From positions 1 to 64,000 of the IMG/VR virus record IMGVR_UViG_3300048629_000034: a DNA stretch of 64,000 nucleotides; one strand, written 5' to 3'. The stretch is from a virus. Its lineage: Duplodnaviria; Caudoviricetes. This document shows positions 22,301 through 30,015 of the stretch, piece after piece. The notes beneath the pieces were generated by a model, which was given only the letters and a program-made list of their open reading frames with translations, was not told where the DNA came from and searched no databases. Numbering within the stretch: position 1 is the stretch's first letter; every line of letters begins with the position of its first letter. The translations under genes and the position numbers were made by a program.

Positions 22301-22518
22301 ATACTATTAATTGAGTCTAGCAACCATTGTGGTGTGGCACTACCTGAACCATGTAGGAATATATCATCACCAGTTACTATATACTCTTTTTTCTGTATTA
22401 TTACATCTAAGTCTGTTGTAGGTGCTACTTCTATTATGTGATTTGGTTCAGCAGATGCTATTGTATCATTAGTGCTTGTTTCTACTATTACGTTATCTAC
22501 TTCTGTTGCTATACTCAA
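16330..22518 (-). CDS. Large tail fibre/tail tip protein, 2062 aa, with internal modular repeats
   Basis: Recurrent A(Q/E)xTADG(K/I)...Y and GDxW(I/Y) modules; DUF1983-like SGFGL...EFWINADKF segment; INGSKITTGTI. Confidence 0.7.
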   Translation of the reverse strand: MSIATEVDNVIVETSTNDTIASAEPNHIIEVAPTTDLDVIIQKKEYIVTGDDIFLHGSGSATPQWLLDSINSIAELASARTLGDLKLAMNAINASLLEAELARNTYTESIMSEETIDGIVVRKLETLNSTLMNVAANIIKLEQTKATPEEASTLVLQHINSQIDGGRINSLVTDLKNTIANNQFTTASNISTIQSVFNDNVATLQEVDTALASETSVQAERITTLNAKLFTNDGLSIGSAGYINDINTFVGYDPTDSGIAMSGIAQQLELFQNQIDGKIDIFSGTDSPVLDAESLPDGDYVGRPSPTEPYATWYNSDLATNSIAERNKHTGDTYIQYKVVNDINEYIASWKFLYGSDTVDGKVDVDGFGWYLITDTTAANAYAEAIKAQTMADRKMTIYYQDDFIIDSLAENGDLLVLTADYTDGNGIEHFSGEQFTLVITPATDTTPIEAYWSKIINTSLTTAIATAQSAADIAQYTADGIIEANYYDVAPTANVTGSNGDWYIYKHDYTATAYMYDDSTTASTTTGNWHEKSNAIADAYIAARTAEATADGKLQMFYLDTLNSLPGDDGDIVTLTAEYTDPVTNLVYGIGTQHRISVTQDVNGLTVKTYTPIEDVNLLSRLADVQEVANSGVTLATTKISTYFGTTSTVTGTADVPLVLGDLLIDSTDNSQYMYMLDSDGTTKSWHSVQDRAIVTAQGTADSKIVTHYQDNEPEGMVESNDGDLWIDTNNGNKLWRYQFSNTQWVEVQDTSIAEAALLANQAQSTADGIVDATYATVAPTGSVVGNLGDWYIFNDDSRGGVATAYKCTAIDNSVSPSTYTWTQTNNAIADAFTKAKKAGDDSTRFYYQDDITVPNDVHDGDVLIIRGSTTLDDGTTYVYDTTNGWELSQDTDLLTRISTVKSDLGTLDGKVDAYYSDTEPTSPSEGDWWIDTTLLSPSVKRYELVNGVLAWVVNTTNTVGQAYVQAINSQAAADGKVTTFYASTFAEVVTARKGDILVKSTTVNGETVTDLYVAKIEINTSELAIESNWNSISNSSLVTGIAVAQSAALAAQGTADGVINATYSTVAPSTTDTDYDIGDWWINTHSVVADTNPAEYTVVAYRFDGTTWVESDNSVAKAYKAAKDAEAVADGKISSWYLSTYAISDAREGDILYYGSDNTPYRALKDSPSVVTDWSLIRDNSLATDIINLEGYVGNDNSVTNISYTNTAPSNANSGDWYVNTLDPNNYKAYRYDGTNWQLQEGALAQGYIKAAESQYTADGKLTVYRQESDPSTINTMNDGDMWIHNNTDGILITTIWDSEESSWNDDWKTEGMIAVSEQIQNQEAYLFPDGMVMPILKEEIVDGVNTYVQERDTDGNALYSEPVDNIIDDTVEPNVVIKVTDPYPKDGDEVPNNTDRWIPEYKDAGKIAADIGGALGGNSVLMDTIKVTADKVETNFKYGSNITLDGHTYKSGFGLTSEAIRGEGGNNPSYDSEFWINADKFKFTSDSDGTNSTPTFSIRNGETLFNGKVTFGNNQLGTIDEAISSTVNTVSFKDRNINITDNLIPTTSLIGSDDNAGYQFIGNPVSSVSVGADAFAEPQIALPSSSDEVYSPYIEDMYSSYYYKFAIKPGTDYTMSVIQIDGDTYTTTAIPHNATLVNDKWYIVEGLIQPNTSTNSSFGIIREADTLTQVGTVEDILLNSTTDWFVLGWTGVCTISQMKIAIMTSDTVTGILADVDYVDSQVSSIDLSPYVRPEEVADAINNNTTTINGSKITTGTILADRINTTGLVAETISATELTGKRLIGSYIEGAVIKASYLDLDGELEVLTNYHIPVSDYNSTTMPAAVYISGTDEYRIPSVSSFSIPSYTHRPSFIHDTSYDYINLYSVPVGAEVFNVPLYSYSDYATLSTNKLVKGTDPYLEVDDIVFTIHPYSGVTEYLTGTSYLDIYLGNTLINTITTTFISSSASNVNGYVHYTLGANGISAIGNSGWGTTTASTTSNGFTITLTTIREENNGYLYFFNEIKVSRDPNASDSSYSGIGGLRGVIRGAPLFFRTIGKDYDDSSAEPYCTQGVISVNNMV

Positions 22519-22544
22519 TTAATTCTCCTTGTTGATTTTACTAG

Positions 22545-23822
22545 CTATTCTACGTGTACTTCTGGTATCTTAGCTACGAACTTTCCATTATTGAATGTAT
22601 CACAGTGGATTCTAATTCCGTATGTTGGTCGCAAATAATACTTATCTACCTTGTCTGCTCTTTCGCTTAGTAGGTCTTGTGAACCAACAGTATAACTACC
22701 TGCAGCTATCTTTGGTATTCTTACTTGCAGTTTACCTGCTTTTGGATTAATTACAGATATTTCTATTTCTATATTAACAGCACTCATATCGCATAGCTTG
22801 TACATTTCTCCGACAAATGTATCATTGGCATTAGTTAATGCAGCTTCTATCACTATACTGTAGTTGGCAATCATATCAACAGTAGGATATTGTTCTGTAT
22901 CTACTAATGGAATTATTGTGAACTCGTTAATCCCTTGTACATAATTAAACTCATAACCATCAGCGTAACTAACTTCTGAGCCATTATAGCTGATGCCATT
23001 AATATCTTGGTTCAGAATTAACTTAATCGTAGCTATTGTAACTGTACCGTCTTGTCCTGTGTACATATCAATTATATCTTGTAAGCTAACAAGTATATCT
23101 TCTGAATCAATTGTGTAATACCCAACTGTACCATCTACTATTGTCGGTGTATTACATGTTACCGTAACTCCTGGTTCTATTGCATCCAATCCAGCTATTG
23201 CAGGCTTATACTCAACTGTTGTCTGCAAGTACATAACCAACTCATTTGTAGTATTTACTGTATATGGACCAATTTCTGACTTGCCTACTAGTGTTAGCTC
23301 ATTATTGTCTAGCACACAATCAACTATTAGTGAATCAGCATTTATTAGTTCTTTGATCTTATTCTTGATATCATTAATTGAGTGGGTGTCAGCAGTAATT
23401 GTTGTATCGCTTGCATATGTCAGTGAGTGTGTTTCAGCTACTTGACTATCACTATCTATTGATATTTCAATTGTCTGTGCAATCTCATTATTTGTTACAG
23501 TACCGTCTTCCGCAGTTACGGAGTCATACTCAACTGCTGGTGTGTATGTAATCTTCAATACTGTCTCTTCGCTTACTTCATCAGTACCTACTGTAGCATT
23601 CTGACCTTGCGACGTTATCTCATATGTTGGTTCTTCTGTGAATTCATATGTTGGTCCAGTTGCAGCTACATAACTAGTAACCTTATCTACTGTGATAACC
23701 TCTGTTACTATAGCATCTTTGATTATTTCCATTGGCAGTGTTGATCCAGTTTGCTTAATTGTTAGCGTGAACTCATTATCTGCTGATTTACTTAATATGA
23801 ATTTGTCTGTATTGCATGACAT
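22545..23822 (-). CDS. Hypothetical acidic beta-rich virion protein
   Basis: Long ORF in the structural operon, T/V/E-rich. Confidence 0.5.
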   Translation of the reverse strand: MSCNTDKFILSKSADNEFTLTIKQTGSTLPMEIIKDAIVTEVITVDKVTSYVAATGPTYEFTEEPTYEITSQGQNATVGTDEVSEETVLKITYTPAVEYDSVTAEDGTVTNNEIAQTIEISIDSDSQVAETHSLTYASDTTITADTHSINDIKNKIKELINADSLIVDCVLDNNELTLVGKSEIGPYTVNTTNELVMYLQTTVEYKPAIAGLDAIEPGVTVTCNTPTIVDGTVGYYTIDSEDILVSLQDIIDMYTGQDGTVTIATIKLILNQDINGISYNGSEVSYADGYEFNYVQGINEFTIIPLVDTEQYPTVDMIANYSIVIEAALTNANDTFVGEMYKLCDMSAVNIEIEISVINPKAGKLQVRIPKIAAGSYTVGSQDLLSERADKVDKYYLRPTYGIRIHCDTFNNGKFVAKIPEVHVE

Positions 23823-24154
23823 TATTGAACTCCTACTAATTGTAATCCGGCGATAATATCTTCATGAACTTTTGATTTTACATTTTTGGCTTCGTGTTCG
23901 TACACTATTGTAGCTTCTAGTATTGTTTTGCTTATTTGAGTATTTTTCAATTCTTTTTCTAGTTCGAATTGTGTAGCTGATTGGAACATGCCTGGAATTA
24001 TCTGACCATATATCATACCGACATCTGATTGTTTTAGTAGCTGGTCATCCATGGCCTGTTTTAAGTGATTGTTTACACTAGCCATAGCTTTATCAAATGT
24101 ACCGTTGCCATGTATAGAACCATCAGTTATATTATCGAATGAAATTAATGACAT
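23822..24154 (-). CDS. N4 gp54-like structural protein (short)
   Basis: GNGTFDKAMASVNNHL...ATQFEL resembles the N-terminus of the N4 gp54 family. Confidence 0.55.
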   Translation of the reverse strand: MSLISFDNITDGSIHGNGTFDKAMASVNNHLKQAMDDQLLKQSDVGMIYGQIIPGMFQSATQFELEKELKNTQISKTILEATIVYEHEAKNVKSKVHEDIIAGLQLVGVQ

Positions 24155-24238
24155 TGTCTTCTCTCCAATTGTATTTTAGTTATGATACCTACACATCTCT
24201 TAATTTATCATTAAGTGTGCAGATATCATTTTTTGGAG

Positions 24239-24928
24239 CTATACTAATCTTTCTAGTAATTCATCTGGATACACAAATGTACCTCTATCAGTTTTTCTAC
24301 CTGGAGAATCTTCAGTTAATCTTCTGCACATTCTCTTTTCTTCATATGTTTCTAGCACACCTATATCTTCTAATCTATCATTTAATTCTTGTGATGTTAT
24401 ATTCAGATTGTTTTCTTTTATGAATCGTGATACTGATTTGTATCCTTCTTCCCAATCTATGAATTTATCTGATTCAAGTTTAATTACTTTATTTTCTAGT
24501 TCTGTGATTAATTTTTGTTCAGCTTCGATTAGTCTATTTTGTTCTTCTAACTTCATTTGCATAAGTTCAACCCTCATGACAAATAATTCAGTTATCAGGT
24601 TAGCTTTATGCTCTTTAACTATATCTGTATTTCTCATTAGCATAAGCAATAGTTCTATATGCGGAACATATAATTTTGTCTTTGACCAATCAACTTGTTT
24701 ATTGTTTCTACTTTTTGCAAGTTTTAATTTTGGAACTTTCAAGTTGGATTTTAAATCTATCTTTAATTTGCTCTCAATATTGCTTGCCATATTTGTAAAC
24801 AAATCTATATTGTTTAATATTAGTTTTTGTGTTGATTTTTCATCAACTTCACAATATTCTGCGATATCTGTAACTGTAGTATAAACCACACCATTATTTT
24901 CTGTTTTTACGATACTATTTGTATTCAT
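24239..24928 (-). CDS. Rha-family phage regulatory protein with antirepressor-like C-terminus
   Basis: YTTVTDIAEY...QKLI and LLMLMRNTDIVKEHKANLI match the Rha pattern. Likely ATG at 24928 (the ORF track starts at 24946). Confidence 0.65.
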   Translation of the reverse strand: MNTNSIVKTENNGVVYTTVTDIAEYCEVDEKSTQKLILNNIDLFTNMASNIESKLKIDLKSNLKVPKLKLAKSRNNKQVDWSKTKLYVPHIELLLMLMRNTDIVKEHKANLITELFVMRVELMQMKLEEQNRLIEAEQKLITELENKVIKLESDKFIDWEEGYKSVSRFIKENNLNITSQELNDRLEDIGVLETYEEKRMCRRLTEDSPGRKTDRGTFVYPDELLERLV

Positions 24929-24974
24929 AATTTTTCTTTCCGACAAAATGATATTTAAGAGGAATTTACGAAGT

Positions 24975-25234
24975 GTCGAGGTTCGTGTATCCAGATGTTA
25001 ATCCTGAACTCTTAATAAACAAGTAGCCACGAACCTCGACGAAAGAGACTACCTGTTTATTAAAAGTTCATCTTATTTACTTTGCCTAAAGGTAATATCA
25101 AGTGATACTACTACTTTAGTCTAGATTACGACCCCTAGGCAAAGTAAACTTTTGTTCAATTAAGAACCTGTAGTGAAAGCCCGTGTAAAGTTACTCGAGC
25201 ATTCGTGAGATTGGACCCTCACTATAAATTCTTA
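24975..25234 (-). ncRNA. Candidate structured leader/antisense-type RNA upstream of rha
   Basis: 13-bp complement 24975-24987/25028-25040; 15-bp hairpin 25012-25026/25049-25063; 13-bp IR 25076-25088/25136-25148. Confidence 0.4.
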
Positions 25235-25276
25235 TATGTATTATATATTGTATTAGCTTAATTCTATATTAGAATT

Positions 25277-25315
25277 AGAACCAACACTAACTATATAGTA
25301 ATTAGTGTTGGTTCT
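25277..25315. terminator. Hairpin, probable terminator
   Basis: AGAACCAACACTAA pairs with TTAGTGTTGGTTCT just downstream of 25325-25897. Confidence 0.55.
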
Positions 25316-25324
25316 TTTTGTACG

Positions 25325-25897
25325 TTAAGAAGCTACTCTTAATCTTTGTTTTTCTTTTAGAGCTGCGATTTCATCCTCAGTCCATCCACCGATTTCTGTA
25401 ACTTGGAATCTTGGTCTATATCTAGCTTTTTCTACACCATTTTCTTTATAGAACTCTACAGTACTGATTTCTCTAAGTCTAGCGATACCAGCTTTAGTAA
25501 TACCTTGAGTCTCTCCGTCTAGCGAGATAGTCTCTGTGTATTGCCCATATAAGTTACCCCATGAGAATGAGAATGCCATACCTCTTTCCTGCTCATCAAC
25601 TGACTGAGTAGTAGATGTATCATGAACCAAACACTTGATCAACCTTTTGTTATCAGCATCTCTGTCATGCATAGTTGCTTCTTTCATTTTTGTTTTCTTT
25701 TTGGCAGTCTTAGTTTCAGTCTCTTCTGGTTTAGATTCAACTTCTTCTCCAGAATCAATTGCTCTTCTAGTTTTTTCAGCTTCAAGCTCTTTAATTAAGT
25801 CAACTGTTTTCATAGTAGTTGGATTACCATCTAATTTTAGTAGTTTAGCAGCAGCAACTAATTCTTTTCTGTCCATTTCTTCGAATGATTTACTCAT
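25325..25897 (-). CDS. Conserved protein downstream of the capsid gene (N4 gp55 position)
   Basis: Synteny; C-terminal WTEDEIAALKEKQR. Confidence 0.55.
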   Translation of the reverse strand: MSKSFEEMDRKELVAAAKLLKLDGNPTTMKTVDLIKELEAEKTRRAIDSGEEVESKPEETETKTAKKKTKMKEATMHDRDADNKRLIKCLVHDTSTTQSVDEQERGMAFSFSWGNLYGQYTETISLDGETQGITKAGIARLREISTVEFYKENGVEKARYRPRFQVTEIGGWTEDEIAALKEKQRLRVAS

Positions 25898-26046
25898 GTA
25901 TTGTCTCCGTTTTTATTGTTTTTATTTTGTGATTAACACAATTGTATAACTATATCTTTTTTTGTATTAATTAAGTCTTAATCAATATATTCTTATAGGG
26001 TGTAATGTTTATTTGTTTGTTTTGATTGTGTGTGTGATATGAATTT

Positions 26047-26088
26047 TATATACTTCTCCTTTTTTTGTCTATGTAGGAGAAGTATATA
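26047..26088. repeat. 14-bp perfect inverted repeat
   Basis: TATATACTTCTCCT pairs with AGGAGAAGTATATA. Confidence 0.7.
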
Positions 26089-26151
26089 GTAAGTAGATTT
26101 GCTTAAATGGACATTAGACCAGAAGCAAATTGGTAGTTAGCTTTATATTTA

Positions 26152-26180
26152 GATAAACACCGGAGAACCCAGTGTTTATC
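26152..26180 (-). terminator. Terminator after the capsid gene
   Basis: GATAAACAC...GTGTTTATC hairpin about 10 nt past the stop codon. Confidence 0.55.
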
Positions 26181-26190
26181 GATTGTTTGC

Positions 26191-27528
26191 CTATAATGCG
26201 CTAGAAATTTTCTTAGATACCGCTAATAAACTTTTGATTCTTTCAGGTCTGTATACAAGCATCCCGTAAGTCCATTCAGATACAACTGCACCTTTTGATT
26301 TGTATAAATCATTATGTACATCTCTTGTTGGTTTTACGTGTTCAGCAGTTACATTAGAACCATTGAATTTTACAGTAGTATGAGCATCGTCACCAACTAC
26401 AACTAATGGGAATACATCGTAGTATCCACCAGATTGCCATCTGTTAGCTTTAACTGCAGCATCAGCAGAATCGTCATCAACTTTACCACCTAGTCCTTTG
26501 TATACTTGCATATCAGGAACAGAGATGAATCTGAAGTTACCAATAGCACCAATTTCACCGTCTAGTAATGTAGTACCAGCAGCATATTTGTTTCTTGGTT
26601 CCCATAGTAATACATCACCAGGACCTTTGATTGATCTAAGTGTAGGGATCATTGATTGGTGTACATATACAGGCCATGCTTCATCAACAGTAACTGTATC
26701 TAATTTAGCAACACCAGTGATAATTTCAGTTTGCATTGGAACATCATTGTTTCTTAAATCCATTTCAAATGCTTCTAATGCGTCCCAAGTTAATAGGTCA
26801 GCAGATGTCATTTGTGATTTAGAAGTAGCAGTAGCAGAAGCAATCATTGTATTAACTTCAGCAGCAGCTAGAATTGAATGTTGAGCTTGCATTTCTTGCA
26901 TCTCAGCAGTAGCTCTAGATAAATCTTTAATTTTTTGTGCTAGTAATTTAACTCTTGAATCTAATTTCATAGATCTAGTTGTATATACAACTGCAGTACC
27001 ATGGAATCCAACTTTAGCAGAAATTAGTTTACTTCTTGAGTTGATTAAGTTAATAACTCCACCATCTTCACCTAATGGAACAATTGGTCCGTTAACTAGT
27101 GAGAATGAAGCATTTGCATATAATAGTGTACCAGCTCCAGCCTTAACTGTAGCAACTCCAGTAGTTCCTTCTGCATCAGCTTGAGCAGCAGCTCTAGCAG
27201 CAGTAGCATCACCTAAGCTATCACCTAAGTAGTCATTAGCATCGAATGTACCGATTAAAACACCATTAGCGTCATAAGCATAGAATACATTTTTAATTAA
27301 TTCAGCAGTAGATGCATCCACATTACCGTCGATAATATTTTCTGGATGGAATACTGGAATTTTTACTTCCATTGTGAATGTATCACCATGGTTATCTGGC
27401 ATATTTGATACTTTACCTAGTTTAGAGAAGAATCTCTTTCTTGTTGGTTGTTCTACTACTGCCTTACTTACGAATTCTGGTGTAAATTGTCTATCGATTG
27501 ATGAATTTAATCTTTCAATTGCGCTCAT
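26191..27528 (-). CDS. Major capsid protein, N4-gp56 family
   Basis: GEIGAIGNFRFISVPDM, YDVFPLVVVGDDA, YGMLVYRPERI. Confidence 0.92.
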   Translation of the reverse strand: MSAIERLNSSIDRQFTPEFVSKAVVEQPTRKRFFSKLGKVSNMPDNHGDTFTMEVKIPVFHPENIIDGNVDASTAELIKNVFYAYDANGVLIGTFDANDYLGDSLGDATAARAAAQADAEGTTGVATVKAGAGTLLYANASFSLVNGPIVPLGEDGGVINLINSRSKLISAKVGFHGTAVVYTTRSMKLDSRVKLLAQKIKDLSRATAEMQEMQAQHSILAAAEVNTMIASATATSKSQMTSADLLTWDALEAFEMDLRNNDVPMQTEIITGVAKLDTVTVDEAWPVYVHQSMIPTLRSIKGPGDVLLWEPRNKYAAGTTLLDGEIGAIGNFRFISVPDMQVYKGLGGKVDDDSADAAVKANRWQSGGYYDVFPLVVVGDDAHTTVKFNGSNVTAEHVKPTRDVHNDLYKSKGAVVSEWTYGMLVYRPERIKSLLAVSKKISSAL

Positions 27529-27590
27529 TGTTATATTTCCTATTTTATTTTATTTGTTGTCTTCTCTGTACGGAGATTGCCTCCGTACAA

Positions 27591-29021
27591 CTATTTCAGT
27601 AATGACTCGAAGTAGTCAAGAAATGCATCACCCTCTAGGTCTGCTTTGTCTTCTCTTCCAATTGTCTGTGCTTGAGTTCCAGCTTCTTTTTGAGTTGTAC
27701 TAATATTAGTAGCAGCTCTTCTAGCAGCATCGGCATCAGCATCAGCTTTCTGCTTTTGAATTGCAGCTTTTTCTGCTTCAATGGCAGCTCTATCAGCTTC
27801 TAATTGCTTTCTTGCCGCTTCGATTTCATTTAACTCAGAACCACTATTATTTACTTGCTGTTCTATGTTTGGCTCAGCTTGTACTTGTTGTGGCACTGTC
27901 TCTTGTCTTGGAGGTTGTTGGTTCTGATTTTGACCAGCAATTGATTGCTTATATTCAGCATCCAACTCGCTCCACGCTTCATTGTATTGTTGAAGTCTTG
28001 ATTTGGAACCAAATGCACCATACCTATCAGACATAGATTTTTCCTCTATTCTAGCCTGAATAGCATCATACATTCCATTGTCCATGTGCTGAATTAGCTC
28101 TGCAGATGCAGCTCTATTTTGTACCAGCTCGTGCACACTATCGTTGTCCCAAGTAGATGTAAGTTCTCCAATGAATTTGTCACCAACACCATTTTGATAT
28201 GCCATATCTGCCATTTCGCTTAGTGCTAGTTCACCTTGACTTTGTATGTAATTAGCAGAATCTGCTTCATTATTTTCTCCGTCAATGTTCTCTAGGTCAT
28301 ATGGATCTATTCCAGCTTCTTTAACAATCTTAGCGATAGCTCCTTTATCCTTGTTTATTACACTTAACGCTAGATTGAATTTTGATGGATCATCAACTAA
28401 TCCTTGTTCTTCTAGTGCCTTATGGAATGGCTTGAATTTCTTGTACTGCTCATTTTTTCTAACGTAATCTGATGCCATTTGTAATCTCTGAATAACCTCT
28501 TTTGGATTGTCAGGACCTCTCATCATTTTACCATTAGCCTTAAACTCAGTATTAACTATCGCATCATAGTATGCTTTATATTTTTCTGTTTCAGCTTGAA
28601 GCCTTTCATACTCAGATTTATAATCAGTAGCGTCTGTGTCTGGATTGTTTTCATCTTTTGGTTCATCTTTATTATCTAATTCAGTTTTACCTGCATCATC
28701 TAAGTTAGCTTCACCATCAGTATCAGAACCATTGCCATTGTCTTCACTTCCGTTATTATCATCGGTACTTTGTGCTTCTTGCCCTTCAGAAGCTAGTGTG
28801 TCTGTATCGGTATTAGCGATACCCTCATCTTCAATTGAACCAGAGTCTACATTGGAATTTTCATCTTGTTCTTCTGTTCCATTTTCTTCAGGATCTTGAC
28901 CACTATTATCTTCTGGATCGATGTTTCCATCTTCTTGATGTTGTTCTTCTTCACCATAATCATATGTTCCGTTGATCATTGCATCAAGTTCGTCGTTAAT
29001 ACTTTCGTATGTCTCGCTCAT
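27591..29021 (-). CDS. N4 gp57-like protein (scaffold/tape-measure-annotated)
   Basis: Acidic N-terminus, FKANGK...QMASDY motif, located between portal and capsid. Confidence 0.75.
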   Translation of the reverse strand: MSETYESINDELDAMINGTYDYGEEEQHQEDGNIDPEDNSGQDPEENGTEEQDENSNVDSGSIEDEGIANTDTDTLASEGQEAQSTDDNNGSEDNGNGSDTDGEANLDDAGKTELDNKDEPKDENNPDTDATDYKSEYERLQAETEKYKAYYDAIVNTEFKANGKMMRGPDNPKEVIQRLQMASDYVRKNEQYKKFKPFHKALEEQGLVDDPSKFNLALSVINKDKGAIAKIVKEAGIDPYDLENIDGENNEADSANYIQSQGELALSEMADMAYQNGVGDKFIGELTSTWDNDSVHELVQNRAASAELIQHMDNGMYDAIQARIEEKSMSDRYGAFGSKSRLQQYNEAWSELDAEYKQSIAGQNQNQQPPRQETVPQQVQAEPNIEQQVNNSGSELNEIEAARKQLEADRAAIEAEKAAIQKQKADADADAARRAATNISTTQKEAGTQAQTIGREDKADLEGDAFLDYFESLLK

Positions 29022-29035
29022 TTTATTTCTCCTTT

Positions 29036-29410
29036 TTAATCGGTATATCTAGACAAGGTTGCATTTGCATTGCCGTATCTGATTTCGATTTCTCCTTTGA
29101 CATTATCGTCACCTATATATTCTATCAAATCTTTTATCGACTCAATTTTGCTGAATAAATCTTCTATCGAGTATGGAGATAAGTAGTTAGGAACCATTTG
29201 TTCATTAAATAACTCTTCTTTTTTTCTGTTTATATATCCGTCTATAATTACAGTCCGAAAGTCTTTGTTGTCAGTTAATCTCACAAATGCATTGTATACA
29301 TCAACATCTCTCTTTGCAGAAGCTAATGCTTCGGCTTTTGACATCTCTGTACGTCTTCTACTAGTCATATGCATTTCTCCATGCATAGAGCTATTGTTTT
29401 CATATTCCAT
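29036..29410 (-). CDS. N4 gp58-like protein
   Basis: RLTDNKDFRTVIIDGY motif; synteny. Confidence 0.65.
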   Translation of the reverse strand: MEYENNSSMHGEMHMTSRRRTEMSKAEALASAKRDVDVYNAFVRLTDNKDFRTVIIDGYINRKKEELFNEQMVPNYLSPYSIEDLFSKIESIKDLIEYIGDDNVKGEIEIRYGNANATLSRYTD

Positions 29411-29501
29411 AACTAATCTCCATTCTCGTTATACAATCACTCCAGCTTTTATTTGTGACTGGACTTCAGAGGAAGTTTGGTCCAGCATGCGTATTTGACA
29501 G

Positions 29502-29510
29502 ATTATAGCA
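29502..29510 (-). promoter_or_regulatory. Extended -10 sigma70 promoter for the capsid operon
   Basis: TGCTATAAT on the minus strand in the intergenic region. Confidence 0.5.
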
Positions 29511-29544
29511 TATCAATACTTTAATCGTCAAATTTTATGTATAT

Positions 29545-30015
29545 TTACTTCCTTAATTCAGGAAGCGTTTTAACGAAATCAGAAACTAATGACTTACTCT
29601 CTGTAGTAGACGGAGGAGCTGGGTGTACTGCATTTTGATCTGCTACTGGGTATTGTCCAGATTGATTTGGGTGCTGCATAGCCTTCGCTGTTTGCTCTTC
29701 TGCTATTCTTGCGTACAATTCATTTGCAGGAACAGTTCCATTCTTTTCATAAGCAGCTATTTGTCTAGCTTTGATTCTGTCTTCTGCTTGCTGATTAAGT
29801 ACTTCAAGAGTATCAAGGTAGTCGTCAACAGACATACCAGCCTCTGCTGCTTTAATTTCTAGCTCAGTAGGTGCTTTTGCTTTTTTATACATGTCTAGCG
29901 ATCCAGCATCTGATACTGGTGGTTGCATAGCAGCAAATGCGTCTGCTTCTTCTCGAGTTGCTATAGGTGCGCCTTGTGATTGTGCATACATATCGTTTGA
30001 GTTTGGAATTACCAT
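29545..30015 (-). CDS. Hypothetical protein
   Basis: ORF coupled to the portal stop codon. Confidence 0.6.
   Translation of the reverse strand: MVIPNSNDMYAQSQGAPIATREEADAFAAMQPPVSDAGSLDMYKKAKAPTELEIKAAEAGMSVDDYLDTLEVLNQQAEDRIKARQIAAYEKNGTVPANELYARIAEEQTAKAMQHPNQSGQYPVADQNAVHPAPPSTTESKSLVSDFVKTLPELRK

Noticed and set aside
15426-22518. A second DGR target among other tail genes
   Set aside because: No segment resembling the TR was found by eye; a short-word self-alignment would be needed to exclude it.
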